Shown here piece after piece: positions 38,002 to 49,717 of a DNA stretch of 64,000 nucleotides; the stretch's first letter is position 1; each line of letters begins with the position of its first letter. Where the stretch lies: NCBI GenBank assembly GCA_965248575.1, contig CBDFJQ010000002.1, positions 1,024,001 through 1,088,000 on the forward strand, in the 5' to 3' direction. Source of the DNA: Planctomycetota bacterium (GTDB taxonomy: Bacteria > Planctomycetota > B15-G4). The position numbers were made by a program, and so were the translations under genes. The notes beneath the pieces are model-generated. The model had not been told where the DNA came from. It did not search any database and was given only the letters and a program-made list of their open reading frames with translations.

Positions 38002-38858
38002 GCACAGGCTGCCGCTTGGGCCCGGCTACGTCCTGTCTGCCGCAAACACTCCTCCGCTGGTGGGCTGCCCCGCTGCTGACCGCGCTCGCCCTGAGCACCC
38101 TCGACGCTGAGCTCGCTGGAGCTCAAAGCCTGCGCGCGCAGGACAGCACTCCCGCCAAACCAGAGCAGTCGCAAACGGCCAGCGCTCAGAATGCACCGGG
38201 GCCAGCACTGGTTCCGGCCCTCGATCAGAAAGGCCCAGGCCTTCCGCCCACCCGCTTCGGGACGCAGGTCCTGGCGGAGAACCCGCTGATCGTGGCCGGG
38301 GCGGTGGAGAGCGTCACGCGCATCGGCCTGGGGACGGCCGTCGTGCGCCTCCGGATCGAAGAGCTGCTGCTGAAGCAGGGCGCTGAGCGGGTTCCAGAGG
38401 CCATCCTCATTCTCACCCAAGCAGGCGATTTTCAGTCCGGGGCGCGAGGCCTGCTCGTGCTGCAACCCTTCGGCTCGGGGGGGCGCTACCAGGTGCAACA
38501 CCGGGTGGACGCGCGAGACCCGGACTACCGCGCGAAGCTCTCGGCGGCCCGCAGCCAGATCCAACTGATGAACATCGATGGATCGGAACGGCGCGCGGCA
38601 GCCACCTTCGAGATGCTGCTCGAACTCATGGGCAAGCCTGACGCCTGGAGCCGCGCCAATGCCCTGTCGGAACTCAACTGGGTGGCTGCGGTGAACCCGG
38701 ACATCCTCAACGCCGAGCGCCTGCGTCGACTCCGTCATCTCGGCGCATCGTCCACCTGGGCCGAGGTGCGCTACGGTGTCGAATCGGTGGCGAATGAGAT
38801 GGTCCGCAGAACCCAGGCTTTACGCCTCTCCGCCCAGCAGGAATCCTCCTCTCCATGA
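37998..38858 (+). CDS. Exported hypothetical protein (beta domain plus helical repeat-like C-terminus)
   Basis: GTGA/ATGA overlaps on both sides; hydrophobic signal-like segment. Confidence 0.7.
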   Translation: MSTGCRLGPATSCLPQTLLRWWAAPLLTALALSTLDAELAGAQSLRAQDSTPAKPEQSQTASAQNAPGPALVPALDQKGPGLPPTRFGTQVLAENPLIVAGAVESVTRIGLGTAVVRLRIEELLLKQGAERVPEAILILTQAGDFQSGARGLLVLQPFGSGGRYQVQHRVDARDPDYRAKLSAARSQIQLMNIDGSERRAAATFEMLLELMGKPDAWSRANALSELNWVAAVNPDILNAERLRRLRHLGASSTWAEVRYGVESVANEMVRRTQALRLSAQQESSSP

Positions 38859-40471
38859 ACCTCTCCCTCGCTCTGATCATGGTGCTGGTGTCCACGGCAC
38901 CTCAGGACTCCGACACCGCCGCGCCCGCCGTTGACGCCCCGGACGGCGCGCAGCTCATCGAGCTGTCCCTCGAGCAGGCCATCGCCGAGTGCATCAACAA
39001 CAACCTCGCGCTGCAGCGTTCCGGCCTCAGCACCGAAGCCAGCGTCGCCGGCCTCGGCGCAGCGTGGGGCGACTTCGACACCGAGTTCTTCACCACCGTC
39101 ACGCGTTCAGAGACCGTGCAGGCCCCCAAGCCCATCAACTTCTCTGGTGGCGTCAACCTGGGACCCAGCAACACGTCAGAGTTCGATTTCCTGAGCGTCC
39201 GCAGCGGCGTACGCGGGAAGTTTGAGACCGGCATGACATGGGAATTGAGCGCGAGCACCACGGAGGTCCGGAACACCAACCGCCGCGTGCCCCAAGAGAC
39301 CTTTCCGGGCAGCGGCGTCTTCGTGACCAAGGATCTCGACAACGACGAGACGACGGCTGAGTGGTCCCTTTCACTCACCCAACCCCTGCTGCGCGGCGGT
39401 TCCAAGGACTACGCACGCTCCGAGCTGGAGCTGGCAGCCAAGGATGTGAGCATCGCGGCCATCGCAACACGCAGCCTCACATACACCACGATCGTCTCCG
39501 TCGTCACGGCCTACTGGGAACTCGTCTACAGCCGCCAGAACGTCGACACGGTGAACCTCTCCTTGGAGCTGGCCGGAGAGCTGCTCGCCATCACGGAGCG
39601 CAAGTACCAACAGGGCATCCAGAACCGCATCGATGTGATCGAGGTGGAGGCAGATGTGGCCCGCCGCCTGGAAGAGCTGCTCACGGCGGAGAACGCCGTC
39701 AAGCAGGCCGTCGACAACCTGCAGCAACTGGTCTTCGCCCCGGAGAGCGACGACGAGTGGAGTCGAGAGATCATCCCTTCGACGGCCTATGCGCCGCCAC
39801 CAGAAGGTTCGCGGGTCGACACCCAAGCCGCGGTGCGCGATGCGCTCATGCTGCGGCCCGATATCGCGAATGCACGGCTGGACCTCGAGCGCGCCGCCAT
39901 CGAGGTCCGACGTGCCGAGAGCGAGAGCCAGTCACGCCTGGACATCACCGGCTCTTACGGCCTGAACAGCAACGAGACCAACTCTGGGCTGGCCTTGCGA
40001 CGCCTCAACGACACGGGCTTGCACGAGGCCAGCATCTTCATCGACTACGAAGTGCCCTTCGGCAACCGGCGTGCGGGCTACAACCTCCGCCGGCGCAAGA
40101 TCGAACGGGAACGTGCAAGCGTCGCCCTGCGCGAGGCGGAGATCATCGCCGTCTCCGGTGTCCGTTCGTCGGCTCGCGACGTCGGCCTGCAGACTGAGCG
40201 CATCAAGGCGACCGCCGAGACGACCCGCCTGCGCCTCGAGGTGTACGAAGGCGAGAAGCGTCGGCTCGAGAACGACCTGAGCACACCCTTCGAGGTGCGC
40301 GAGGCCCAGCGCGACTACCTGACCGCCGTGGACGAGGGCACCCGCGCACGTCTGGACCTGGCCATCGCGCAGACGAATCTCCTGTCCTCGCGGGGCCGGC
40401 TGCTCGAACACTACGGGATCGTGCCGCCCATGCCCGATGTGTCGTTGGACGACGCGCCCGACGCGCCGTAG
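38855..40471 (+). CDS. TolC-family outer-membrane protein
   Basis: LSLEQAIAECINNN, LTQPLLRG, AYWELV, RPDI, VPFGNR; two OEP repeats. Confidence 0.9.
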   Translation: MNLSLALIMVLVSTAPQDSDTAAPAVDAPDGAQLIELSLEQAIAECINNNLALQRSGLSTEASVAGLGAAWGDFDTEFFTTVTRSETVQAPKPINFSGGVNLGPSNTSEFDFLSVRSGVRGKFETGMTWELSASTTEVRNTNRRVPQETFPGSGVFVTKDLDNDETTAEWSLSLTQPLLRGGSKDYARSELELAAKDVSIAAIATRSLTYTTIVSVVTAYWELVYSRQNVDTVNLSLELAGELLAITERKYQQGIQNRIDVIEVEADVARRLEELLTAENAVKQAVDNLQQLVFAPESDDEWSREIIPSTAYAPPPEGSRVDTQAAVRDALMLRPDIANARLDLERAAIEVRRAESESQSRLDITGSYGLNSNETNSGLALRRLNDTGLHEASIFIDYEVPFGNRRAGYNLRRRKIERERASVALREAEIIAVSGVRSSARDVGLQTERIKATAETTRLRLEVYEGEKRRLENDLSTPFEVREAQRDYLTAVDEGTRARLDLAIAQTNLLSSRGRLLEHYGIVPPMPDVSLDDAPDAP

Positions 40472-41082
40472 AGCCCTCGCTGGGCAATGCGCTCGAGCAC
40501 GACGTCGGGGACATGGTCCGGACGTTCGCCGCGCTGCAGCGCTGCCCTGATCTCGGTGCTGGAGGCCGGATGGGGGGGCAACTCCAGGATATGGGCCGCG
40601 ATCTTGGCGGCATGCACCGCGCCGACCACAGCCTGCATGGGCGCAGCATCCAAGGGCGAGCCCGGGCGGGTCACCGCACAGAAGGTCACGAGTTCGCAGA
40701 GCTCGGCGATGCGGAACCAGTTGGGCAGGTCCACCAAGGTGTCAGCACCGATGATGTAGTACAGCTCCGTCTCGGGGCCGTGAGACAGGCGCAAGGCCTG
40801 CGCCGTGTCGATGCTGTAGCTCGGCCCCTCGCGCTGGAGTTCCACATCACAGGGAACCAGCAAGGGGTCGTCGGCGGTGGCCGCCGCGAGCAGGCCGAGG
40901 CGCTCCTCGGGAGCCTCCATGACCTGGTTCGGTTTGTGGGGAGGGCGCGGGGCTGGCACAAGCAGGACGCTCTCCAGCCCGAAGTGCTCCGCAGCAAGGC
41001 GCGCGATGCTCAAGTGCCCGTCATGGACAGGGTCGAAGCTGCCGCCCAACCACCCCAGCCGCGCTTTCCCTGGGCAAGGCAC
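40411..41082 (-). CDS. nadD: Nicotinate-nucleotide adenylyltransferase
   Basis: GGSFDPVHDGH, PPHK, SYSIDT, IIGAD, SSTEIR; 61-bp convergent overlap with the TolC gene. Confidence 0.95.
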   Translation of the reverse strand: MPCPGKARLGWLGGSFDPVHDGHLSIARLAAEHFGLESVLLVPAPRPPHKPNQVMEAPEERLGLLAAATADDPLLVPCDVELQREGPSYSIDTAQALRLSHGPETELYYIIGADTLVDLPNWFRIAELCELVTFCAVTRPGSPLDAAPMQAVVGAVHAAKIAAHILELPPHPASSTEIRAALQRGERPDHVPDVVLERIAQRGLYGASGASSNDTSGMGGTIP

Positions 41083-41084
41083 CT

Positions 41085-41234
41085 CTAGTACATGTCGTAC
41101 TGGAAGCCCTCGTCGGTCTGGGGACCGCCCGAGGTGTCGGAGAAGTAGAGGAAGGCCACGAGCGCGAGCACCAGGACCAGTGGCGTGATCCACCAGATCT
41201 TGTTCTCGCCGAGGAATTTCATGAAGGCGTTCAT
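41085..41234 (-). CDS. 49-aa DUF5989-like small membrane protein (not in ORF track)
   Basis: MNAFMKFLGENKIWWITPLVLVLALVAFLYFSDTSGGPQTDEGFQYDMY; K.WW..P, TM helix and F.Y..(F/Y) terminus; TTGGAA-N16-TATGCT upstream. Confidence 0.8.
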   Translation of the reverse strand: MNAFMKFLGENKIWWITPLVLVLALVAFLYFSDTSGGPQTDEGFQYDMY

Positions 41235-41316
41235 AGTGGTTCAGAGCATACCCCGTCCCGCCCGCCTTCCAAGCCCATGGCCGGTCCCGTGAACGTCCCC
41301 TGGACGTCCAGGGGGG

Positions 41317-42633
41317 TCAGCGCAAGCTCATGCTGCCCCGCAAGGGTTGCCCGCGACGGAAGAGCTGGATGTTGACGCGCTGGGAGTCACTGATGCTCTT
41401 GAGGATCCGGTACAGCGCCTGGGAGTCATCCACGTCCTGATCCGCGAGGCCGTCGATGAGGTCACCGCGAACAATGGGTAGCCGCGCCGCAACGCCCCGC
41501 GGATCCACCGACTCCACCACGACCCCGTAGTAGCGGGGGTGGTCCACCACGCGCAGCCCGAGTTCCCGTTCGATGAAGCGCATGGGGGACTCATCCCCCT
41601 CCAGCTTCAAGCGCACGGGCAACACCTCGTTGCCGCGCTTCACGACGAGATCCAGGAGGTCGCCGGGCGCCATGCCGTAGAGGGCCTTGTTGTAGTCGAA
41701 CTCCCATTCGATGGCCGCGCCCTCCACGGACACCAGACGATCTCCGGCTCGGAGACCCGCCCGGTCCCCGGGCGAACCGCGCTCCACGCCGGACACAGCC
41801 ACATCCTGGCCACGCACATCGCTGGCGAGTGAGAGGCCCGTGACCACGTCGCTAACCACCAGGGGGTTCAGCAGACGTCCCGTCAGGCTCTGCCGCACAC
41901 GATCGATGGGGATCGCGAACCCGATCCCCTCTGCTTCGGTGGCGATGGCCCAGTTGATGCCGATCACCTCGCCGTGCACGTTCAGCAGTGGGCCGCCGCT
42001 GTTACCCGGGTTGATAGCAGCGTCCAACTGGATGAAGTCCCGGAAGCGCTGACCTGCCCCCGCCTGGCCGGGAACGCGCACGTCCCGGAACAACGAGCTG
42101 ACGATGCCCGAGGTCACGGAGTTCTCGTTCCCAAGCGGATTCCCGATGGCGATGATCGTCTCGCCCACCATGACGTCCGAGGACGAGCCAAGGCGAGCAA
42201 AGGGCAGCGGCTTGCCAGCAGCCACCTTCAACAGGGCGACATCGTTGGCCGTGTCCGTGTTGATCAAGCGCGCCACGTAGCTCGTGCCATCCCCGAGGCG
42301 CACCTGGATGTCCCGATCGGGGCGGGCAATCACGTGCGAGTTGGTGAGCACGAAGCCATCGGGATCGATGATGACGCCCGAGCCGAGACTCGTCTGGCGG
42401 CTGCCCCCCGGCTCGAAGAATCGATAAGGCCATGGGAGCGCCACCTGTTCGATGACCTCCTGGTAGATGTTCACCACCGCCGGCCCCACCTCCCGAGCTG
42501 CTTGGACAATGGGTGTCATGCGCGTCAGCTGCGCGGCCGTGAGGGGCTCTGTGACCTGGGACTGAGCCCAGAGGGGTCCAGCGAGCCAGCAGCAAAGGGC
42601 CAAACCAAGCGTCATCGCAAATCGAAGGGGCAT
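41317..42633 (-). CDS. HtrA/DegP-family serine protease with two PDZ domains
   Basis: GSGVII, TNSHV, DVALL, DAAINPGNSGGPL; signal peptide; AGGAG RBS. Confidence 0.93.
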   Translation of the reverse strand: MPLRFAMTLGLALCCWLAGPLWAQSQVTEPLTAAQLTRMTPIVQAAREVGPAVVNIYQEVIEQVALPWPYRFFEPGGSRQTSLGSGVIIDPDGFVLTNSHVIARPDRDIQVRLGDGTSYVARLINTDTANDVALLKVAAGKPLPFARLGSSSDVMVGETIIAIGNPLGNENSVTSGIVSSLFRDVRVPGQAGAGQRFRDFIQLDAAINPGNSGGPLLNVHGEVIGINWAIATEAEGIGFAIPIDRVRQSLTGRLLNPLVVSDVVTGLSLASDVRGQDVAVSGVERGSPGDRAGLRAGDRLVSVEGAAIEWEFDYNKALYGMAPGDLLDLVVKRGNEVLPVRLKLEGDESPMRFIERELGLRVVDHPRYYGVVVESVDPRGVAARLPIVRGDLIDGLADQDVDDSQALYRILKSISDSQRVNIQLFRRGQPLRGSMSLR

Positions 42634-42804
42634 GCACAGCTCCTGAGAAGATTCCAGACTCCATGGCCGCAAGGCCCCGTCCGCTCCAGCAGGACGCCGA
42701 CCCGGAAGGGCAGCCGGACACCCTGACGAGGCCTGCGCCTGAGGATACTGCCGAGGCCGTTGAGGCGTTGGCTCGTGACGGCCTCGCCACATTAAGGTGG
42801 GGAG

Positions 42805-43995
42805 ATGACCAGGGTCATCTTGCATGCCGATATGGACGCCTTCTACGCATCCATCGAACAACGGGACCACCCTGAGTGGCGCGGAAAGCCGGTCATCGTC
42901 GGGGGGATCGGCAAGCGCGGCGTGGTCTCCGCGGCCTCCTACGAGGCCCGGGTGTTCGGGGTGCATTCCGCCATGCCGGGCGCCCAAGCCCAGCGCCTTT
43001 GCCCCCAGGGCATCTTCGTCCCCGGCCGCATGGAGGCCTACGTCGAAGCCTCGATGCAGATCCGAGAGGTGTTCCTGAGCCTGACGGACCTCGTCGAACC
43101 GCTCTCCCTCGACGAGGCTTTCCTGGACGTCACGGGCAGCCTGCGGCTCTTCGGTGGTGGGGAACTCATGGCGGAGAGCCTGCGGCGTGATGTCTTTGAC
43201 GCCACGGGCCTCACGGTTTCCGTAGGAGTGGCCGCCTCCAAGTACGTGGCCAAGGTGGCCTCCGACCACAAGAAACCCGATGGGCTGACGGTCGTGCCGC
43301 CGGGGGGGGAGGAGCAGTTCCTGGCGCCCCTTTCCATCCGTCGCCTGTGGGGTGCAGGCAAGAAGACGACCGAGCGCATGCAGGCCATGGGGCTGCACCG
43401 CATCGCGGACATCCAGGCCCTCTCACTCGAAACCCTGGAGAGCCAGTTTGGAGAGAGGGCGGGGCAGCACTACTTCGCCCTCTGTCGCGGGCGGGACGAG
43501 CGCGCCGTGGTGCCGCACCAGGGCCCGAAATCCGTGAGTCGTGAGACGACCTTCGGGGACGACGTGCGGGACGACTCCAAACTGCGGTCCGTGCTGCTGA
43601 ACTTGAGCGAGGATGTGGGCATTCGTCTGAGACGCAAGCAACTGTCGGGCAGCACGGTGCGCTTGAAGCTCCGCTACCCGCCCTTCGAGACACTCACTCG
43701 CCAGGTCCACATGCCCCAGCCCACCCAGGACGACATGCAGATCTACCGGGCCGTCGTCGAGCTGCTGCAGGCCACCCGCAGGAATCGGGAGCCGGTGCGC
43801 CTGATCGGTGTCGGGGTCTCGGAGCTCTCGGAGGGCAGCCGCCCCGTCCAGGGCCAGTTGTTCCAGCAGGACGAGGTCGAGGGAGGCAAGGTCGTCAACG
43901 AGACCCTGGACGCCATCCGAGCTCGATTCGGGCGCCACGCAGCCGAGCGCGGCCAAGGCCACGAGGGGGGCACCGGAGGGAGCACAGGGGACTGA
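42805..43995 (+). CDS. dinB: DNA polymerase IV
   Basis: HADMDAFYASIE, SYEAR.FG, SLDEAFLD, KPDG, RLIGV. Confidence 0.96.
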   Translation: MTRVILHADMDAFYASIEQRDHPEWRGKPVIVGGIGKRGVVSAASYEARVFGVHSAMPGAQAQRLCPQGIFVPGRMEAYVEASMQIREVFLSLTDLVEPLSLDEAFLDVTGSLRLFGGGELMAESLRRDVFDATGLTVSVGVAASKYVAKVASDHKKPDGLTVVPPGGEEQFLAPLSIRRLWGAGKKTTERMQAMGLHRIADIQALSLETLESQFGERAGQHYFALCRGRDERAVVPHQGPKSVSRETTFGDDVRDDSKLRSVLLNLSEDVGIRLRRKQLSGSTVRLKLRYPPFETLTRQVHMPQPTQDDMQIYRAVVELLQATRRNREPVRLIGVGVSELSEGSRPVQGQLFQQDEVEGGKVVNETLDAIRARFGRHAAERGQGHEGGTGGSTGD

Positions 43996-44003
43996 AAAAG
44001 CCG

Positions 44004-44080
44004 TGGTGGGCGCAGTAGGACTCGAACCTACGACCCCCAGCTTGTCGAGCTGGTGCTCTAGCCAACTGAGCTATGCGCCC
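44004..44080 (-). tRNA. tRNA-Val (GAC), CCA encoded, atypical C33
   Basis: GGGCGCA/TGCGCCC acceptor, A73, anticodon arm CCAGC-TCGACAA-GCTGG, T-loop TTCGAGT. Confidence 0.93.
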
Positions 44081-44105
44081 ACGGTCCGTCGCTGACGGAG
44101 GGCGT

Positions 44106-44134
44106 GTCATACGGTTTCGGAGAGGTCTGTTCAA
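44106..44134 (-). promoter_or_regulatory. Putative sigma70 promoter of tRNA-Val
   Basis: TTGAAC-N17-TATGAC on the minus strand, 25 bp upstream of the tRNA. Confidence 0.5.
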
Positions 44135-44269
44135 CGGCTGGCTCCCAGGAGACCCCGAGAACAGTTCTTGGCCAGTCGCTGGTGGATCGCAGAGAGAGCT
44201 CCGGTTTATGCTCCCGGGCCCTTTTCTGCAGGCCTGCCAAAGCTCCCTCCCCAGCCACGGAACCGTGCG

Positions 44270-45382
44270 ATGAAGATCGGCGTCCCCACCGAGATCAAGC
44301 CCAGCGAGAACCGCATCGCCATGGTGCCTGCAGGCGCCGACCGCCTGGTCCTGGATGGCCATGAGGTGTTCATCCAGAAGGGCGCGGGACTCGGCAGCGG
44401 GCTGGAGGACAAGGAGTTCGTCGCCGCTGGCGCGAAGATCCTGCCCGACGCCGACGCCGTGTTTGGCGAGGCCGACATGATCATGAAGGTCAAGGAGCCC
44501 ATCGCCGAGGAGTATGGCCGCATCCGCAAGGGCCAGCTGTTGTTCACCTACTTCCACTTCGCCGCGAGCGAAGAGCTGACCGACGCCATGTTGGTCTCGG
44601 GTTCCGACTGCATCGCCTACGAGACCGTCGAGCAGGGCGGCACCTTGCCGCTGCTCACGCCCATGTCTGAGGTAGCTGGCCGCATGAGCGTCCAGGAGGG
44701 CGCCAAATACCTCGAGAAGCCCATGGGCGGGCGCGGAGTTCTGCTCGGCGGCGTGCCCGGGGTCGAGCCTGGCCGCGTGCTGATCCTCGGCGGCGGCATC
44801 GTGGGCATCAACGCGGCGAAGATGGCAGCGGGCCTCGGGGCGCGCGTCACCATCATGGACATCGACATGGACCGCCTGCGGTACCTCGACGATGTGATGC
44901 CTGCCAATGTCACGACCCGCTTCAGCAACCGTCTGGCCATCCAGGAAGAGCTCGGGACTGCAGACCTTGTCATCGGCGCTGTGCTGGTGACGGGTGAGAA
45001 GGCTCCCAAGCTCGTGACCCGCGCAGACCTGTCCCTGATGCCCAAGGGCAGCGTCATCGCCGACGTCGCCGTGGACCAGGGCGGTTGCATCGAGACCATC
45101 AAGCCGACGACGCACCTCGACCCCGTCTACGACGTCGATGGCATCGTGCACTACGCCGTGGCCAACATGCCGGGCGCCGTGCCGCGCACGTCGACCTTCG
45201 CCCTGACGAACGTGACCCTGGCCTACGCACGGCGGCTCGCAGGAGACGGCTTGGTCAAGGCGCTGAAGGCCGACCCCGGTCTCGCGCTGGGTGCGAACGT
45301 CATGCGCGGCGCCATCACGCACCCCGGCGTGGCCAAGGCCTTCGGCCGCGAGTTGGCCTCCCTGGACGACGTCCTGGGCTGA
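44270..45382 (+). CDS. ald: Alanine dehydrogenase
   Basis: [51 protein letters not shown]. Confidence 0.97.
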   Translation: MKIGVPTEIKPSENRIAMVPAGADRLVLDGHEVFIQKGAGLGSGLEDKEFVAAGAKILPDADAVFGEADMIMKVKEPIAEEYGRIRKGQLLFTYFHFAASEELTDAMLVSGSDCIAYETVEQGGTLPLLTPMSEVAGRMSVQEGAKYLEKPMGGRGVLLGGVPGVEPGRVLILGGGIVGINAAKMAAGLGARVTIMDIDMDRLRYLDDVMPANVTTRFSNRLAIQEELGTADLVIGAVLVTGEKAPKLVTRADLSLMPKGSVIADVAVDQGGCIETIKPTTHLDPVYDVDGIVHYAVANMPGAVPRTSTFALTNVTLAYARRLAGDGLVKALKADPGLALGANVMRGAITHPGVAKAFGRELASLDDVLG

Positions 45383-45438
45383 GAAGCCAGGCCCTCACGG
45401 GGCTGAGCCTGGTCCAAACCATCGAACGACATCGGGCC

Positions 45439-46152
45439 GTGCTCCTGCGGGGCGCGGCCTTGTTCGTCCTAGGGGCCTCTCGATTCTGCGGCTCCACGGA
45501 CTCCGCTCCCGGGGCCCCCTCGGTTTCCCAACCGTGGGGCTCACCGCCGAGGCTCGCCAGCGAGTCACTGATCGGCGCCCGAGCCTCCGACGGCGACACG
45601 GTGCGGCTTCCGGGGGGAGGTCGGCTGCGGCTCCTCAACGTGGACTGCCCCGAAACCGGCCGGCCCGGCGCCGCGCAAGCCCGGCGGCTGACCGAGTCCT
45701 TCTTGCGAGAGGGGGAGGGAATCCTGGGTCGCGCCCACCCGCAGCAGCTGGCCGGGCTCCAGCTCGCGCCGACTCTACCCGCGCGAGATCGTTACGGACG
45801 CCTGCTCGCCGACCTGCGCCTGCAGGAGCGAAGCCTCTCGTGCGAACTTGTCGAGGCTGGCCTGGCCTGGGTCTACCGGAGCCGTGAGCCCTCGCTGCTG
45901 GCTGCTCAAGCTCGAGCCGTCGACCTGCGCCGTGGCGTGCATGCCGTGCTGGACCACCCCTCCTCCCGAGGACCGTTCGTCCCGACGAGCACCAGCTTTC
46001 ATCGACTGGATTGTAGCGGCCTTCGCGGCGGCGGCCAGGAGCGTGAGCGCTCGCTGTACGCCACCACACTTCTGAGACGAGGCCTGGCCCCGTGCCGAAG
46101 GTGCCTGGCGTGGCCACCCCGCCCCCCTTTCGGCGGAACAGGACTCCGCTGA
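45439..46152 (+). CDS. Thermonuclease (SNase) with C-terminal Ada-like metal-binding domain; start uncertain
   Basis: [40 protein letters not shown]. Confidence 0.85.
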   Translation: MLLRGAALFVLGASRFCGSTDSAPGAPSVSQPWGSPPRLASESLIGARASDGDTVRLPGGGRLRLLNVDCPETGRPGAAQARRLTESFLREGEGILGRAHPQQLAGLQLAPTLPARDRYGRLLADLRLQERSLSCELVEAGLAWVYRSREPSLLAAQARAVDLRRGVHAVLDHPSSRGPFVPTSTSFHRLDCSGLRGGGQERERSLYATTLLRRGLAPCRRCLAWPPRPPFGGTGLR

Positions 46153-46266
46153 GAAGGTTCGGCGGGCAACCAACTCAGTCCCTCGGCGGCAGGACGATCA
46201 GCAAGCTGGGAGAACTGTCATGACGCAGAGGGTGAACCCGCGCCGCCGCACCGCTAGCATTCGCTC

Positions 46267-46847
46267 ATGGCTGGACAAACCACGAAAGACGTGCTCACGA
46301 CCGGTGACGTAGCGCGCCTCTGCTCCGTGACGATCCGCACCGTCATCAAGTGGTTTGAGCAAGGCCGTCTCGAGGGCTATCGCCTTCCGGGCTCGCGGGA
46401 TCGGCGCTTCACGCGGGCAGCGGTGCAACGCTTCCTGCGCGAGAGCGGCATGCCCGTCGAGCTCCACGGACAAGAGCGCCCGCTGGTGCTCGTGGTCGAC
46501 GATGACGAAGGGGTGCGCAGCATGATGTCCAAGTACCTCAACAAACTGGGCCTGCTGGACGTCGACGTGGCCGGGTCGGGTTGGGAGGCAGGCTTGAAGA
46601 CAGCCGCCCGCAAGCCGCGCCTCCTGCTGCTCGATTACCGCCTGGGGGACACGACCGGCGACCGCGTGGTCGACACCATCCGCGGCATGCCCAGCCTCGC
46701 TCAACCCGCCATCGTCATCATGTCCGCCCACCTGACCGAAGAGCAGGCGGACGAGCTCATGCAAAAAGGCGCCGATGGCTGGTTGCCGAAACCATTCGAC
46801 CTGACGGTCCTGAGGGACACGGTCTACCGCCACGTGGGGATCGCTTC

Positions 46848-46851
<4 letters not shown>
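46267..46851 (+). CDS. Response regulator with N-terminal excisionase/MerR-like HTH
   Basis: LTTGDVARLC.V..RTVIKW...G.L.GYRLPGSRDRR; receiver VVDDD, LLD, S, KPF. Confidence 0.9.
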
Positions 46852-48741
<1,890 letters not shown>

Positions 48742-48745
48742 TGTC

Positions 48746-49717
48746 GTGAAATCCTTGATCACGGGCGCCAGCGGATTCGCTGGGCGCCATCTCGTTCAGC
48801 ACCTGCTGTCCCAGGGCGACGAGGTGGTGGCGTGTGACCTCGCCACGCCCACCTCGGGTCAGGCTGGAACCTGGCCCCAAACTGAGCGCCTGACCCACGT
48901 CACCTTGGACGTCACCGACGAGCAGGCATGCTGGGACGTCCTGGCCGACACACGCCCCACGGCCATCTACCACCTCGCCGGCATGGCCCATGTCATGCAT
49001 GCGGAGCAGAACCCGGAGCTGTGTCTCGCCGTCAATCGGGACGGCTGCCGCAACATGCTGGCGTCTTGCCTGGACGGGTTCGCCAACGTGCGCTTCCTGT
49101 TCGTCTCCACGGCCGAGGTGTATGGCCGGGTCGACGCGAACCAGCTGCCAGTGCGGGAGGGCCACCCTCTCCGGCCCGCCACCGCCTACGCGCTGAGCAA
49201 GGCCCAGGCGGAGATGCACGTGCACCGTGCCGCCGCCCAGGGCTTGCACTGCCTCATCGCCCGAGCCTTCAATCACATCGGGCCGGGGCAGTCAGACGAC
49301 TTTGTCACCGCGGCCTTCGCACACCAGATCGCGCGCATCGAAGCAGGGCTCCAAGAGCCCGTCATGCACGTGGGAAATCTCGCCGCCGTGCGCGACTTCT
49401 CCGACGTGCGCGACACCGTCGCGGCCTACCGCCTGTGCCTGATGGAGGGGCAGCCGGGCGAGGTGCTCAACGTCACGAGCGGACAGGCCGTCTCCATCCA
49501 GCTCATCCTCGATGCGCTGCTCTCGCTGTCCGAGGTGGAGGTCAAGGTGGAGCAGGACCCGACGCGCATGCGCCCGGTAGACGTCCCGCTCTTCCACGGT
49601 TCGACTGAACACCTCACGGAACGCTGCGGCCACACGCCACACTACGCCCTCGTGGACACCTTGCAGACGGTGCTGGACTACTGGCGTGAGAGGGTCGCGC
49701 TGGCGCCGGAGCGGTAA
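48746..49717 (+). CDS. rmd: GDP-4-keto-6-deoxy-D-mannose reductase (Rmd-like SDR)
   Basis: TGASGFAG, YALSK, RAFNHIGPGQ, FAHQIARIE, GNL..VRDFSDVRD; follows gmd. Confidence 0.8.
   Translation: MKSLITGASGFAGRHLVQHLLSQGDEVVACDLATPTSGQAGTWPQTERLTHVTLDVTDEQACWDVLADTRPTAIYHLAGMAHVMHAEQNPELCLAVNRDGCRNMLASCLDGFANVRFLFVSTAEVYGRVDANQLPVREGHPLRPATAYALSKAQAEMHVHRAAAQGLHCLIARAFNHIGPGQSDDFVTAAFAHQIARIEAGLQEPVMHVGNLAAVRDFSDVRDTVAAYRLCLMEGQPGEVLNVTSGQAVSIQLILDALLSLSEVEVKVEQDPTRMRPVDVPLFHGSTEHLTERCGHTPHYALVDTLQTVLDYWRERVALAPER

Noticed and set aside
41317..43398. 693-aa extended HtrA
   Set aside because: N-terminal extension overlaps dinB antisense; the true start at 42633 has an RBS and a signal peptide
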